The notes beneath the pieces are model-generated. The model was not told where the DNA came from. It ran no database searches and worked only from the letters and a program-made list of their open reading frames with translations. Of a stretch of 32,203 nt of DNA, positions 1 through 9,085 are shown one piece after another. Position numbers and translations under genes: made by a program. This DNA comes from a virus (taxonomy: Duplodnaviria; Caudoviricetes), in IMG/VR virus record IMGVR_UViG_3300028557_000125, positions 1 to 32,203 of that record. The stretch is one strand, 5' to 3'. Numbering within the stretch: position 1 is the stretch's first letter; each line of letters starts with the position of its first letter.

Positions 1-1644
1 ACTTGCTCCAATTGTAGATGTATAAAGAGGATTTTGTTTAATACATTTGGTCAATGTTATATATTTATCTATTAGATTATTAGAATCAATAAATGCTTTA
101 ACTTGATCATTATCAATAGCAGAATTAAATTGAGTTAAGAATGATCTAAATACAGAAGTTTGAAGCGCGTTCATATAGTATATTTTCATAGAGAATATAG
201 TATCTTGAGGCAACAAACTATCTGGAGAAAGCTTTACAGTTAATTTATAAATTGATCGAGTTTGATCATCTATTCTTTCTACAGGAAAATTTTTAAGAGA
301 AATGTTTTCATCTATATTAAATAAATCATCTATGAAAATAAAATTATCTTGTCGTACTTTATCTTGATTATTATTAATATTTTGATTAAATTTTTGTGGA
401 AATATAATTATAGACTCTAATCCTATGTTTTCTGGTAAAAGCTCTTTAAATGTAAATGAAATATTTTCTGGAGTTTCTCTTTTGTAATCTTTAAATAATT
501 TCAACACATTTGAGCGATCAATATTCACATGACTAATATTTAATAATTTATATCCTTTAGAATTTGTATATCTAGATTGTTTAGTGCTTTCATCATATAT
601 ATTTCCACCAGCAGAAGAGTTTCCACTAAAATCAACAGCTTCTATAATACCATAATAATCATTATAATATCCAATATTACTTACTTGTATATATGATTTT
701 GGAGAATATCCAGATCCTGTTGCAGTTTTAATTTGATCATCAATAAAGCCAGACATTGTTTGACTATTTGAATTAAAAAATGTTTGTCCTAAAGTAGTAA
801 TTCCTTCTACATAAAATGTATTATTTTGAATATATGAATTTAAATTATCTTTCGCGTTAAATATTAAAAATCTTGTATTTTGTCCTTTTGTTATCTCTTG
901 TCCTCCAGTTGTATACATTGATCCGATATCTCCAACGCTATAAGAACTTAAATCAGTATTTGATACTGAAGACGATGAATGATCATAATTCAATCTTCTA
1001 ATATCATTTGAAAAGTCTTTAAATATTGTATTATTTGTTGATATTTTATCGTCTTTTGGTTTTGGTATAATTCGATCTAAAAATGTTATTTTTTTATCTA
1101 CTAGATAATTATCAAAATCAATATTTGTTGTATTTGGTATGTAATACTTAAATTCATCTGTAGTAGGAGCAGAGAAATTGAATTCCCATCCAACAATTAA
1201 ATCACTTGAAGGATTAATAAAACTTCCACCTGATACATCAGGAATCATTGAATTATATTGTTTTGAATAAAAATTAATATTTTTAAAATTTATTTCTTTT
1301 ATAAAATCTAACGTATTAACTACTCCAGAAAAAGCTTGTCCAGAAGATTCAAATCCTAATTGACTTTTAGAAAAGACTTGAAAGAAATAATTACCCGTGT
1401 TTTTTGGTATAAAAAAAGAAGATACATAACCAGAAGAATATATTGATTCTGCTATAAGATTTCTTCGGTCATTAGAATTTGGTAAATTACTTAAAATATC
1501 TGAATCAGAAGAATATATTTTATATCCATTTTGATCTTGATTTTCCTCTGGCGGAGGAAATCTAAAAACAAAGCCTTCAGTAAAATTTGTTATTTTAATT
1601 TTTTTAAACTCTACTATTGGTTGATCTGGTAATTCAGCACTCAT
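1..1644 (-). CDS. Tail-tip-associated protein with N-terminal fibronectin type III-like domain; runs off the window edge (3' truncated)
   Basis: ATG at 1644, 2 nt after the gpJ stop. It reads MSAELPDQPIVEF...FVFRFPPPEENQDQNGYKIYSS...TGNYFFQVFSKSQLGFESSG, an FN3-like pattern (P..P start, GY.IY, Y.F.V.S...G.ES). The frame is open where translated at both ends, and absence from the ORF track is consistent with no stop in the window. Confidence 0.7.
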   Translation of the reverse strand, partial: MSAELPDQPIVEFKKIKITNFTEGFVFRFPPPEENQDQNGYKIYSSDSDILSNLPNSNDRRNLIAESIYSSGYVSSFFIPKNTGNYFFQVFSKSQLGFESSGQAFSGVVNTLDFIKEINFKNINFYSKQYNSMIPDVSGGSFINPSSDLIVGWEFNFSAPTTDEFKYYIPNTTNIDFDNYLVDKKITFLDRIIPKPKDDKISTNNTIFKDFSNDIRRLNYDHSSSSVSNTDLSSYSVGDIGSMYTTGGQEITKGQNTRFLIFNAKDNLNSYIQNNTFYVEGITTLGQTFFNSNSQTMSGFIDDQIKTATGSGYSPKSYIQVSNIGYYNDYYGIIEAVDFSGNSSAGGNIYDESTKQSRYTNSKGYKLLNISHVNIDRSNVLKLFKDYKRETPENISFTFKELLPENIGLESIIIFPQKFNQNINNNQDKVRQDNFIFIDDLFNIDENISLKNFPVERIDDQTRSIYKLTVKLSPDSLLPQDTIFSMKIYYMNALQTSVFRSFLTQFNSAIDNDQVKAFIDSNNLIDKYITLTKCIKQNPLYTSTIGAS

Positions 1645-1646
1645 AA

Positions 1647-4600
1647 TTATATTTTATCTGTTTCCATAAATTTAGCTTCATCATATTCTAAGGCTGAAAT
1701 TTTATATTTACTTTCTTCTGTTTCTTCTATATCTAAAACTCTAAATTTTTGAGTTTGATCAATATGTGGTTCTAATTTTGCTCCTAAATATGTATTTTTA
1801 TTTATTCCTGAAATACTAGGACTTTTCTCATATTTATACGTTTCTGGATCTAACTCAATTGTCCATACTGTATTTTGTAATAATGTATGTTGTACGTTAT
1901 CTAACTTTCCAGGAAAATTAATTTTTGCATATCCACTATAATTAATTCCAGTTTCTTCAACAACAAATGTTTGAAATGATAGTCCACTAACTCCAGCGGT
2001 AGTATTGAAATTAATAGTTTGTACTTGCTTTCTTCTTATTGTCTCGCTAGATGGGCCACCTTTTACATTTATATTTTCATCATTTGCATCTTTCAAGTCT
2101 ATATTAACGCTATCATTTACTAAAGAAGTATTTTCTGAAAGCTTATCCATGAAATTATTTGAATTATCTGTGCCAATTTCTAAATTCCCAGCGGGTGTTA
2201 AAACATTAAATTTGCAATCTCCAATTACTGGTAAGAATTCAGCCATATCATTATATTTTATATCAATAATTGCAAAATCTTTAGCTAATTGATATGTTCT
2301 TCCACCAAGAATTTTATTTTGTCTATTTTGATCTTGTATAAAGACAATGTCTCCAGGTTTTAAATATAATGCTGGAAGACTTGTTTCAAAAGATACAAGT
2401 TCTGCTTCTGAATTTTCTGATAACAAAGTCCACTTTCCGTATCTTTCAGCTTGACCTTCGCTCGTGCATCCAAAAGCGCTCATTTCCATTTCTCTTATTC
2501 CATTTCTTAATATACCTTCTCTGTTCTCTACATATTTAATAGCTGGTTTATAAAAATTATCTTTATCATTATATCTAACTAATGCTACATTCCTTCTTAC
2601 TCTTTTACTTGTATTACTATACGTAAATTCTCCTTCTTTAACGTTTGAATTATTGAATAAATAGATAGGTTCTTTGGGTTTATCCTGAGAAGTAAAAATA
2701 AGTCCAGCTGTATAATATACAATACCTCTAAAAATACTTGCCATATCATTTATTACTTTGTAAGCATCTTCTCTAGTAGAAATAAGAAGATTGCATGTAA
2801 ATCTTGGTTCTACCTCTATGGTTTGAGTATTATCAGTACTATTTTTAGTGTTTGATTTTTTACTCTTAACTAGTTGATCACAATATTTTGATATTTCATA
2901 CAAAGTCCATTTATCAACATATTTTGAATCAAAATATTTACCTAATCCAAATCTATTATTTGTAATAATATCATAAAAACACCATGCTGGATTATCTGTC
3001 CAAGCTAAAACAAATTCTCCATTCCAGGAACTTTGATAAGTTCTGGTATATGGATCATAATTAGAAGGAATTTTTACTTTTAATAACCTTGTATCATACG
3101 CTCTTTGAGGTATGCTAGTGAAAAATCTAGCATCAAAATTAGTTAAAATTGCAGCCGTATTTGGATATATTAATTTATCATTGTATATTTCTGTAACAGA
3201 ATCAACATTTGCCTTATTAGCTATATTTATATCAACGGTTTCATAATGTATTGGAGTAATTTCTATTTCCCATCCTATGGTATTTTGATTTGTTATTTTA
3301 TCTAATCCAAGCCATTCAAAACTTTCTATATACGACCCTTGATTTAATTTTCCAACAATTTTTAAAGCCCATGTATCTGACCCAATATTATAAGAATCTG
3401 CGCCAATACTTGAGGCTGGAACTGTACTTCCGTCCCACTTAACATAAAAAACTTGTTGTCCTATATTTATGCTAGAATCAATTCTTTTAAGTCTTAAATA
3501 ATAAAGTTGAGCATATCTATCTACTCTTCCAGTTTGTGTCTTCTTTGCGGCCTGCGCGCTGCTTTCCCAAATGCTTAAATCAACAATTTGTTTAAATAAT
3601 GCAGAAACTTTAATGTTCAATCTTAAGCCATATAAGTTTTTAGCTAAAATATTTATTGATTTTTTATATCTTTTAACTTCTGTTCCGCTGTTTTGTTCTA
3701 TTTTTCTAGCTCCTAATAATCTCATTCCAGAAGTTTTTGTCGTTGAGATATGTTTAGGAATATTAACTAATAAATTTTGAGACGTACTGTAAGCATCTTT
3801 TATAATTTTAACATTTTTAGCATTATTTTCTTGAGTGGTTTGTTTTATATTAAGTATATCTGTTACGTTTGTTCCTGGTAATAATTTCTTAGTATAAACT
3901 TCTTCTTTCAAATCTATATATTTATGTTGTTGCAGCTTGGAATGTAAAGACGGCTTGCCTCCATTTGTATGGCTTAATTTAATAAAATCAAAATTAAGAG
4001 ATCCATTATCTGGATATGTATCATCTGCTAAAGGTGTTTCATTCCAATATACAGAACGAATTAATGGATATTCTCCATCATATTTTTGTACTATTACTCC
4101 ATTTTCATATCCAATCATACCTTCTGTATTTCCTGGCCTTGGTTTTATTTCATAATCCACAATACCTTCTATTGGTCCTTCGCTTACAATATCTAATATA
4201 GATATATTTGTTAGACTTGTTATACCAATATCTTCAGATTTTTTTTGATCATTAATATATACAGTAGCATAATTAGATAATGTATAGTAGTCTTTAATTA
4301 CTTGACCAGGCAAGCATTTTGTATTTTTTGGTATTATGTTTGTAATAGAATTATTAATTTGAGTTATTTGAGTTGGACCTCCAAGAAAAGCACTTACAGT
4401 TTGTTGTGGTTGAAGTTTGCCATCTTTTTTAGTTTGATAAGTACAAGTGTAAATTTGGTTTTTTGTTGCTATTTGACTTTTTTCATCTTCGGTGTATAAA
4501 TATAATGTAAATGTTGTTTGATTAATATATGCATTTTCTAAAAATGCACAATCTGCAGCTGGCACAATTCTACAAGTATAGACTCCTGCTTTTGTAGGTA

Positions 4601-7016
4601 TACCATTAGGATATTTTAGTCTACTTGGATTTCCTATCAATTTTTTAGCGTTGCTTGCACCAATTCCTGCAATATTTTGTTCTAATATAACTTGTCCAAT
4701 CAACGATGATGGAATAGTTGTACCACCATAAGAACTTGGAGCATCATAATAAGCTTGATATTCAAATTGAGCTTGAGCCGCGTCCAAATCTTCTTGTCTT
4801 GAGAAAGATGCAAAAGTTTTAGGATTTCTTTGTTTTACTTCTAAAGGACTACCTTCACTAAAATAAACATCAGGAATTAAATAGTCATTATTTTTATTTT
4901 CAATTCTTTGATATGTTTCTGTTGGTAAATTAGAATAATATGTTCCTATAGTTCTAGTTTCTCCAGCTTTTTTGTTTGGTATATTATTTATTGTATAAGC
5001 TACGGATTCTGTTATAAATTTTCTATTTGTGTTTCTAATAGTCAAACTCACTAATTGACTTCTAGCAGTAGAAGCTGGACCATCTTTACCCTCATTTTTT
5101 CTTGCCGCAGGTGGTGTATAACAAATTCTTCCATTACTATCTATTCTATATTGTTCTCCAGCATCTATATTCATAGTAACATTAACATTAATCGATGTAG
5201 ATGAATCAATATTCTTACCTTTTTGAGTTGACCCAACAAATTTATATAATGTTAATCCTGTTTGTGGATCTATTTTATTTTTTAATTCCCCAATTCCGTA
5301 CTCTGTTCCTCTTGAGTTTTGAGGTGTTACTGGCTCTTGTTGTACTATCCAATTTCCAGAAATTGAAGTAGGATCATCAATATAAACAAAAAATTTTCTA
5401 TTATCAGCATTTTGAAGAGATGAAAATGTTAGAGTTTTTGATCCATTTTTTGGTATAGGCTGTAAGATTGTATTCGTGGCGCTAGTAAATAATCCACCTA
5501 ATATTCCTAATCCACTCTTATTTAATGTTTTAGCAATTAAATCATAATTTTGACCAAGTGCAGAAACTATATCTGACATTTTTGCAAATCTGACTATTGC
5601 ATCTGAAGTAGGTGATAATGTAACACTTATTGTTCCCTGTTGGATTTCAAATGCTGGATTATGATATATATTTAATTCAGATGGAAAACTAGCAATAGGT
5701 TTTATGTTCTTTGTTTCAGCTGGACTAATATTTAAAGTTATATTAACTGCTCCAGATGCCCCTTTACTATTAGCAATATAACATTTAATTGTTTCATTAA
5801 ATGCATGTTTTGGAGTTCCAGATATAACGCCTGTTGTTCTATTTAATGATAATCCTTCTGGTAAATAATCGACAGCAAAACATAGATTACTTGTGTTGCT
5901 ATGTTTAATTGTTGCTGAAAATTTTTCATTAACAACTAAATTAAAAGTTTGAGCAGAAGCACTTGGAGCTGAAGCTCCAGTGATATCTCCTGTAACAATT
6001 TGTAAATTGAAATTAATAGTTTGACCCGAAGCAAAATCAGCATTTTTTAATGTTATTGGTATCGAGGTTATAGTTATTGAATTTGGAGCTATTATAGTAC
6101 CAGATATTTTTTTTGTTATTTGATCAAAAGTTAATCCTAATATACTTAATCTAGCTAATCCTTCATTATTTATATGAGCTTCCCATTCTCCGTTTGTTAT
6201 ATTTGTTGTTATTGAATAATTTATACTTGCACCATTATTTGCTCTTATAATAGGTGTAGATGTGCTTCTTATAGGATCATTTCCCAAAGAATCTTTACAT
6301 TTAATTGTTAAAGTTTTAAAAGAATCAACTGTTATTGTATTTTTCTTTTTATCTATTGCAGGTGTTAAAATGCTAGCATTTAATTGAACCGTATAATAAC
6401 CAACTTTAGAAACTGGTTTATTTGAAGTCCATAAAATATCTGTATTTATTATTTGTGCTGGATTATCATTTGGAGCTTGAAAAGCTAAAGAAGTTTCAAA
6501 ATCTTGATTTTTTGATACATAATAATATGTTACTGCTTGATCAGAATTTATTGTATATGTAAATGGTTGCCCTTTAGTTGCATCTGCTTTTCCAGAGCTA
6601 GTAATTTTTGCTGGGGTTAACGCTGTTGTTTCTCCAGCTCCTCTCGCTACGAGTCCTTTTGCAAAATCCCATATAAACCAAAATCCTTTATCTCTGTCGA
6701 CTCCTTGTATTGAGCCAAGAAATGTTCCGTCCTGAACTTTATTATTAGTATAAAGCGAATTTAATACTGGATTATAAGCTCTAATTAAATCTAAATTATT
6801 TGCTGTTACTTTTAATCCTCCATTTGGATCTGTAATATTATTTAGTTCATCTTGTGGATCACCAAGATCATTAAAAGTAGGAATTATTTCATTATTAAAG
6901 TAGCTCTGCGTATCTTGATCGAAGTTGTATCCATTTGCTCCTCTATACGCAGCACCTTCAATGTATTTGTTTGGATCACAATTTGCGCACCTTTTAACTT
7001 TTGGATCGGTAGCCAT
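1647..7016 (-). CDS. J: Tail tip / central tail fibre protein gpJ-like, with ~925-aa N-terminal extension containing putative Ig (He_PIG-like) domains
   Basis: Lambda-J motifs LDIVSEGPIEG, SVYWNETPL, YPNTA...FDARFFTSIPQRAY...KVKIPSNYDPYTRTY...WNGEF..AWTDNPAWCFYD, EPRFTCN, MASIFRG, FGCTSEGQAERYGKW. Upstream Ig-like repeats LPEGLSLNRTTGVISGTP and GLTFDQITKKISGT. Position after K and I. Confidence 0.92.
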   Translation of the reverse strand: MATDPKVKRCANCDPNKYIEGAAYRGANGYNFDQDTQSYFNNEIIPTFNDLGDPQDELNNITDPNGGLKVTANNLDLIRAYNPVLNSLYTNNKVQDGTFLGSIQGVDRDKGFWFIWDFAKGLVARGAGETTALTPAKITSSGKADATKGQPFTYTINSDQAVTYYYVSKNQDFETSLAFQAPNDNPAQIINTDILWTSNKPVSKVGYYTVQLNASILTPAIDKKKNTITVDSFKTLTIKCKDSLGNDPIRSTSTPIIRANNGASINYSITTNITNGEWEAHINNEGLARLSILGLTFDQITKKISGTIIAPNSITITSIPITLKNADFASGQTINFNLQIVTGDITGASAPSASAQTFNLVVNEKFSATIKHSNTSNLCFAVDYLPEGLSLNRTTGVISGTPKHAFNETIKCYIANSKGASGAVNITLNISPAETKNIKPIASFPSELNIYHNPAFEIQQGTISVTLSPTSDAIVRFAKMSDIVSALGQNYDLIAKTLNKSGLGILGGLFTSATNTILQPIPKNGSKTLTFSSLQNADNRKFFVYIDDPTSISGNWIVQQEPVTPQNSRGTEYGIGELKNKIDPQTGLTLYKFVGSTQKGKNIDSSTSINVNVTMNIDAGEQYRIDSNGRICYTPPAARKNEGKDGPASTARSQLVSLTIRNTNRKFITESVAYTINNIPNKKAGETRTIGTYYSNLPTETYQRIENKNNDYLIPDVYFSEGSPLEVKQRNPKTFASFSRQEDLDAAQAQFEYQAYYDAPSSYGGTTIPSSLIGQVILEQNIAGIGASNAKKLIGNPSRLKYPNGIPTKAGVYTCRIVPAADCAFLENAYINQTTFTLYLYTEDEKSQIATKNQIYTCTYQTKKDGKLQPQQTVSAFLGGPTQITQINNSITNIIPKNTKCLPGQVIKDYYTLSNYATVYINDQKKSEDIGITSLTNISILDIVSEGPIEGIVDYEIKPRPGNTEGMIGYENGVIVQKYDGEYPLIRSVYWNETPLADDTYPDNGSLNFDFIKLSHTNGGKPSLHSKLQQHKYIDLKEEVYTKKLLPGTNVTDILNIKQTTQENNAKNVKIIKDAYSTSQNLLVNIPKHISTTKTSGMRLLGARKIEQNSGTEVKRYKKSINILAKNLYGLRLNIKVSALFKQIVDLSIWESSAQAAKKTQTGRVDRYAQLYYLRLKRIDSSINIGQQVFYVKWDGSTVPASSIGADSYNIGSDTWALKIVGKLNQGSYIESFEWLGLDKITNQNTIGWEIEITPIHYETVDINIANKANVDSVTEIYNDKLIYPNTAAILTNFDARFFTSIPQRAYDTRLLKVKIPSNYDPYTRTYQSSWNGEFVLAWTDNPAWCFYDIITNNRFGLGKYFDSKYVDKWTLYEISKYCDQLVKSKKSNTKNSTDNTQTIEVEPRFTCNLLISTREDAYKVINDMASIFRGIVYYTAGLIFTSQDKPKEPIYLFNNSNVKEGEFTYSNTSKRVRRNVALVRYNDKDNFYKPAIKYVENREGILRNGIREMEMSAFGCTSEGQAERYGKWTLLSENSEAELVSFETSLPALYLKPGDIVFIQDQNRQNKILGGRTYQLAKDFAIIDIKYNDMAEFLPVIGDCKFNVLTPAGNLEIGTDNSNNFMDKLSENTSLVNDSVNIDLKDANDENINVKGGPSSETIRRKQVQTINFNTTAGVSGLSFQTFVVEETGINYSGYAKINFPGKLDNVQHTLLQNTVWTIELDPETYKYEKSPSISGINKNTYLGAKLEPHIDQTQKFRVLDIEETEESKYKISALEYDEAKFMETDKI

Positions 7017-7017
7017 A

Positions 7018-8334
7018 TTAAGATGTTAATGAAGTTGTTGACATGTCTTCATTATTTATATTTGTTATCTTTACAGGATATCCTTTTGTGTTAAAATAGT
7101 AACTTCTTGATGGATAGCTTTCTTCTCCTGCATTTACTTTTGGTTTTCCAGCATTTGGCCCTGATTCTTCAAGATGAGATTTCCTTGATTGAATTCTATA
7201 GTATTGATCATAAGATGCAAAAACTTGATGACTTCCTACAATAAGTCTTCCATATCCTACTGGAACAGGTCCACCTTCTCCTATTGTATTAACTGGTCCA
7301 TTAAATAAATAAGAAGGCTCTCCTCCTCCACCATTTGGAGAACCACTAAAATCTGCAGAAGGATTAGCGATAGCTGCTGGACTTACCATTGGGGGTGGTT
7401 TAGATAACATTAAACTAACGCCTACAGCTACTAATCCTAAAATTGCTGGCATCATCATACTAAGTGTTAATCCAGCGAAAATTTGAGTTCCTGGAAGAAT
7501 AGCTAATACAACAGCTAAAAATATTGCTATAATACCTTTAAACATTCCTCCTCCACCTTTGCCACCACCCTTACCGCCTCCTCCATTATGAACTAAAATT
7601 TCTTCAGCAATATACGTATGATTATCTTTTACATGCATGTTGTAAACATCTTCGCAACCATCTTCTTCTATTTTTTCTATTGGTAAAACATCTCCACTTT
7701 GATGCGTTAATACATCTCCTATTTTAAAATCTGATAATGGGGCAAATCTATTATATTCATTTAAAAACCAGTGATTCTCTGTAGCACGTATAGTTTTGCC
7801 TCCCCATAATGTAATTTTTAATATCTTATTGTCTTTATGGAAAAAAGTTTCCTCAACTATGGATGTTTTAATATTTTTATCTTGATCAAAGCAGAAAATT
7901 TCATCTCCTACTTTAAAATCTTCTATATTTTTATCCCCATTTGGGGTGGATATTTTAACTCCAGCTGGAAAACATCCTCCACCTCCTCCTCCTCCTCCAC
8001 CTGCGCCTTCGATAACTGGAATTATATCGATTGAAGAAAGCTTATCACTTGAGAGTGGAATATTTAATTCTGAATTTTTTAATAAATCAATATGTTTTTT
8101 TGTTAAATCTTTATTTTTTTGAGGTAAATTTTCTGCATTTGGTACCCATACAGATCTATTATTAATAAATATTTCATATTTTGCTTCATTTTCTGCTTGT
8201 TGAATAAGATATTTCATTAATTTTCCAGTATTAGCTTCTATAGCTCTTATGGCCTCTGAAACGCTATTTACTTTTAAATTCCATTCGGAACCAATTTGAT
8301 CGCCCAAATCACCATGTAATGTTACCTTTACCAT
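7018..8334 (-). CDS. I: Tail assembly protein gpI-like (ubiquitin-like N-domain) carrying an inserted Hint/intein-like domain
   Basis: N-terminus V.LHGDLG..IG....L.V.S..EAIRAI...IDIIPVIEGAG; hydrophobic segment; C-terminal SYLFNGPVNTIGEGGPVPVGYGRLIVGS, typical of lambda gpI. Lies between K and J. Confidence 0.9.
   Translation of the reverse strand: MVKVTLHGDLGDQIGSEWNLKVNSVSEAIRAIEANTGKLMKYLIQQAENEAKYEIFINNRSVWVPNAENLPQKNKDLTKKHIDLLKNSELNIPLSSDKLSSIDIIPVIEGAGGGGGGGGGCFPAGVKISTPNGDKNIEDFKVGDEIFCFDQDKNIKTSIVEETFFHKDNKILKITLWGGKTIRATENHWFLNEYNRFAPLSDFKIGDVLTHQSGDVLPIEKIEEDGCEDVYNMHVKDNHTYIAEEILVHNGGGGKGGGKGGGGMFKGIIAIFLAVVLAILPGTQIFAGLTLSMMMPAILGLVAVGVSLMLSKPPPMVSPAAIANPSADFSGSPNGGGGEPSYLFNGPVNTIGEGGPVPVGYGRLIVGSHQVFASYDQYYRIQSRKSHLEESGPNAGKPKVNAGEESYPSRSYYFNTKGYPVKITNINNEDMSTTSLTS
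7585..7974 (-). other. Hint domain (mini-intein / bacterial intein-like, aa 121-250 of gpI); no endonuclease; +1 residue is Gly
   Basis: Block A CFPAGVKISTPNGDKNIEDFKVGD; block B IRATENHWF (TxxH); block F/G VYNMHVKDNHTYIAEEILVHN followed by G. Confidence 0.9.
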
Positions 8335-8335
8335 G

Positions 8336-9085
8336 TTAAATCATACTCCTATGCCTGACGATATATTTCGTATGTTTTCGATAAAAATCGTCATATGTAT
8401 TTACACAAGAAAAAGAATTATATGGGTGGTGTAAAATTGTATTATTCCCTATATGCATAGCGCAATGAGTAGCGTATACTTCAGAAACATTAGGAAATAA
8501 CATAAAAAATGCATCATGCTTTTTTAAAGGAGTATTTTTATCTAATTTAATAAAATTTTGCTTTTCAAAAAAATCTTCATATATAGAATTTATGTCTTTT
8601 AAATTTTTTGGATATGCTATTTCTTTTGGACAATATATCGAAATATTTAATTCTTTTTTATAATAATCTATAGCTAAAGAAAAACAGTCTGAAACTTCAG
8701 TAATATATGGTCTACCAATATATTTATTTTTATAAGTATTTGGATAATATATATTAAATATGTCATTTTTTATATTATAGAGTATATATGTTATATTATG
8801 TTTATTACTATTAAGCTTATCTATTTCACTAAATTCATTATTATCATTATTATGAGAATGAAAACAGGCAACAATCTTGCCTAATTGACTACATTTTAAA
8901 TACTCCAAAGAAGATATTGAGAAAAAATTTTTTTTATCAAATGCTATATTTTTACAAGAATATATGTTAAATTTTAATGTTTTTTCATTAAAGTATATTA
9001 AACCACAAGATTCTATATCTTTTCTATTATTAGATATATTTTTAATTTCATTTTTTAATGAGTCATTAAAATCTATTTTTATCAT
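8336..9085 (-). CDS. K: Tail assembly protein gpK-like (JAB/MPN metalloprotease + NlpC/P60 domain)
   Basis: JAB motif ESCG...FHSH......FSEID; NlpC/P60 motif GRPY....DCFSL..DYY and HCAMHIG...ILHH; ATGA overlap with L. Confidence 0.92.
   Translation of the reverse strand: MIKIDFNDSLKNEIKNISNNRKDIESCGLIYFNEKTLKFNIYSCKNIAFDKKNFFSISSLEYLKCSQLGKIVACFHSHNNDNNEFSEIDKLNSNKHNITYILYNIKNDIFNIYYPNTYKNKYIGRPYITEVSDCFSLAIDYYKKELNISIYCPKEIAYPKNLKDINSIYEDFFEKQNFIKLDKNTPLKKHDAFFMLFPNVSEVYATHCAMHIGNNTILHHPYNSFSCVNTYDDFYRKHTKYIVRHRSMI

Noticed and set aside
7585-7974. Canonical mobile intein with homing endonuclease
   Set aside because: Only 130 aa with no LAGLIDADG/HNH domain, and the +1 residue is Gly; treated as a BIL-type Hint instead.
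7540-8005. (CCT/CCA)n runs flanking the Hint domain as microsatellite, phase-variation tract or target-site duplication
   Set aside because: Mixed Gly codons encoding poly-Gly linkers; in-frame triplets, and the two sides are not exact direct repeats.
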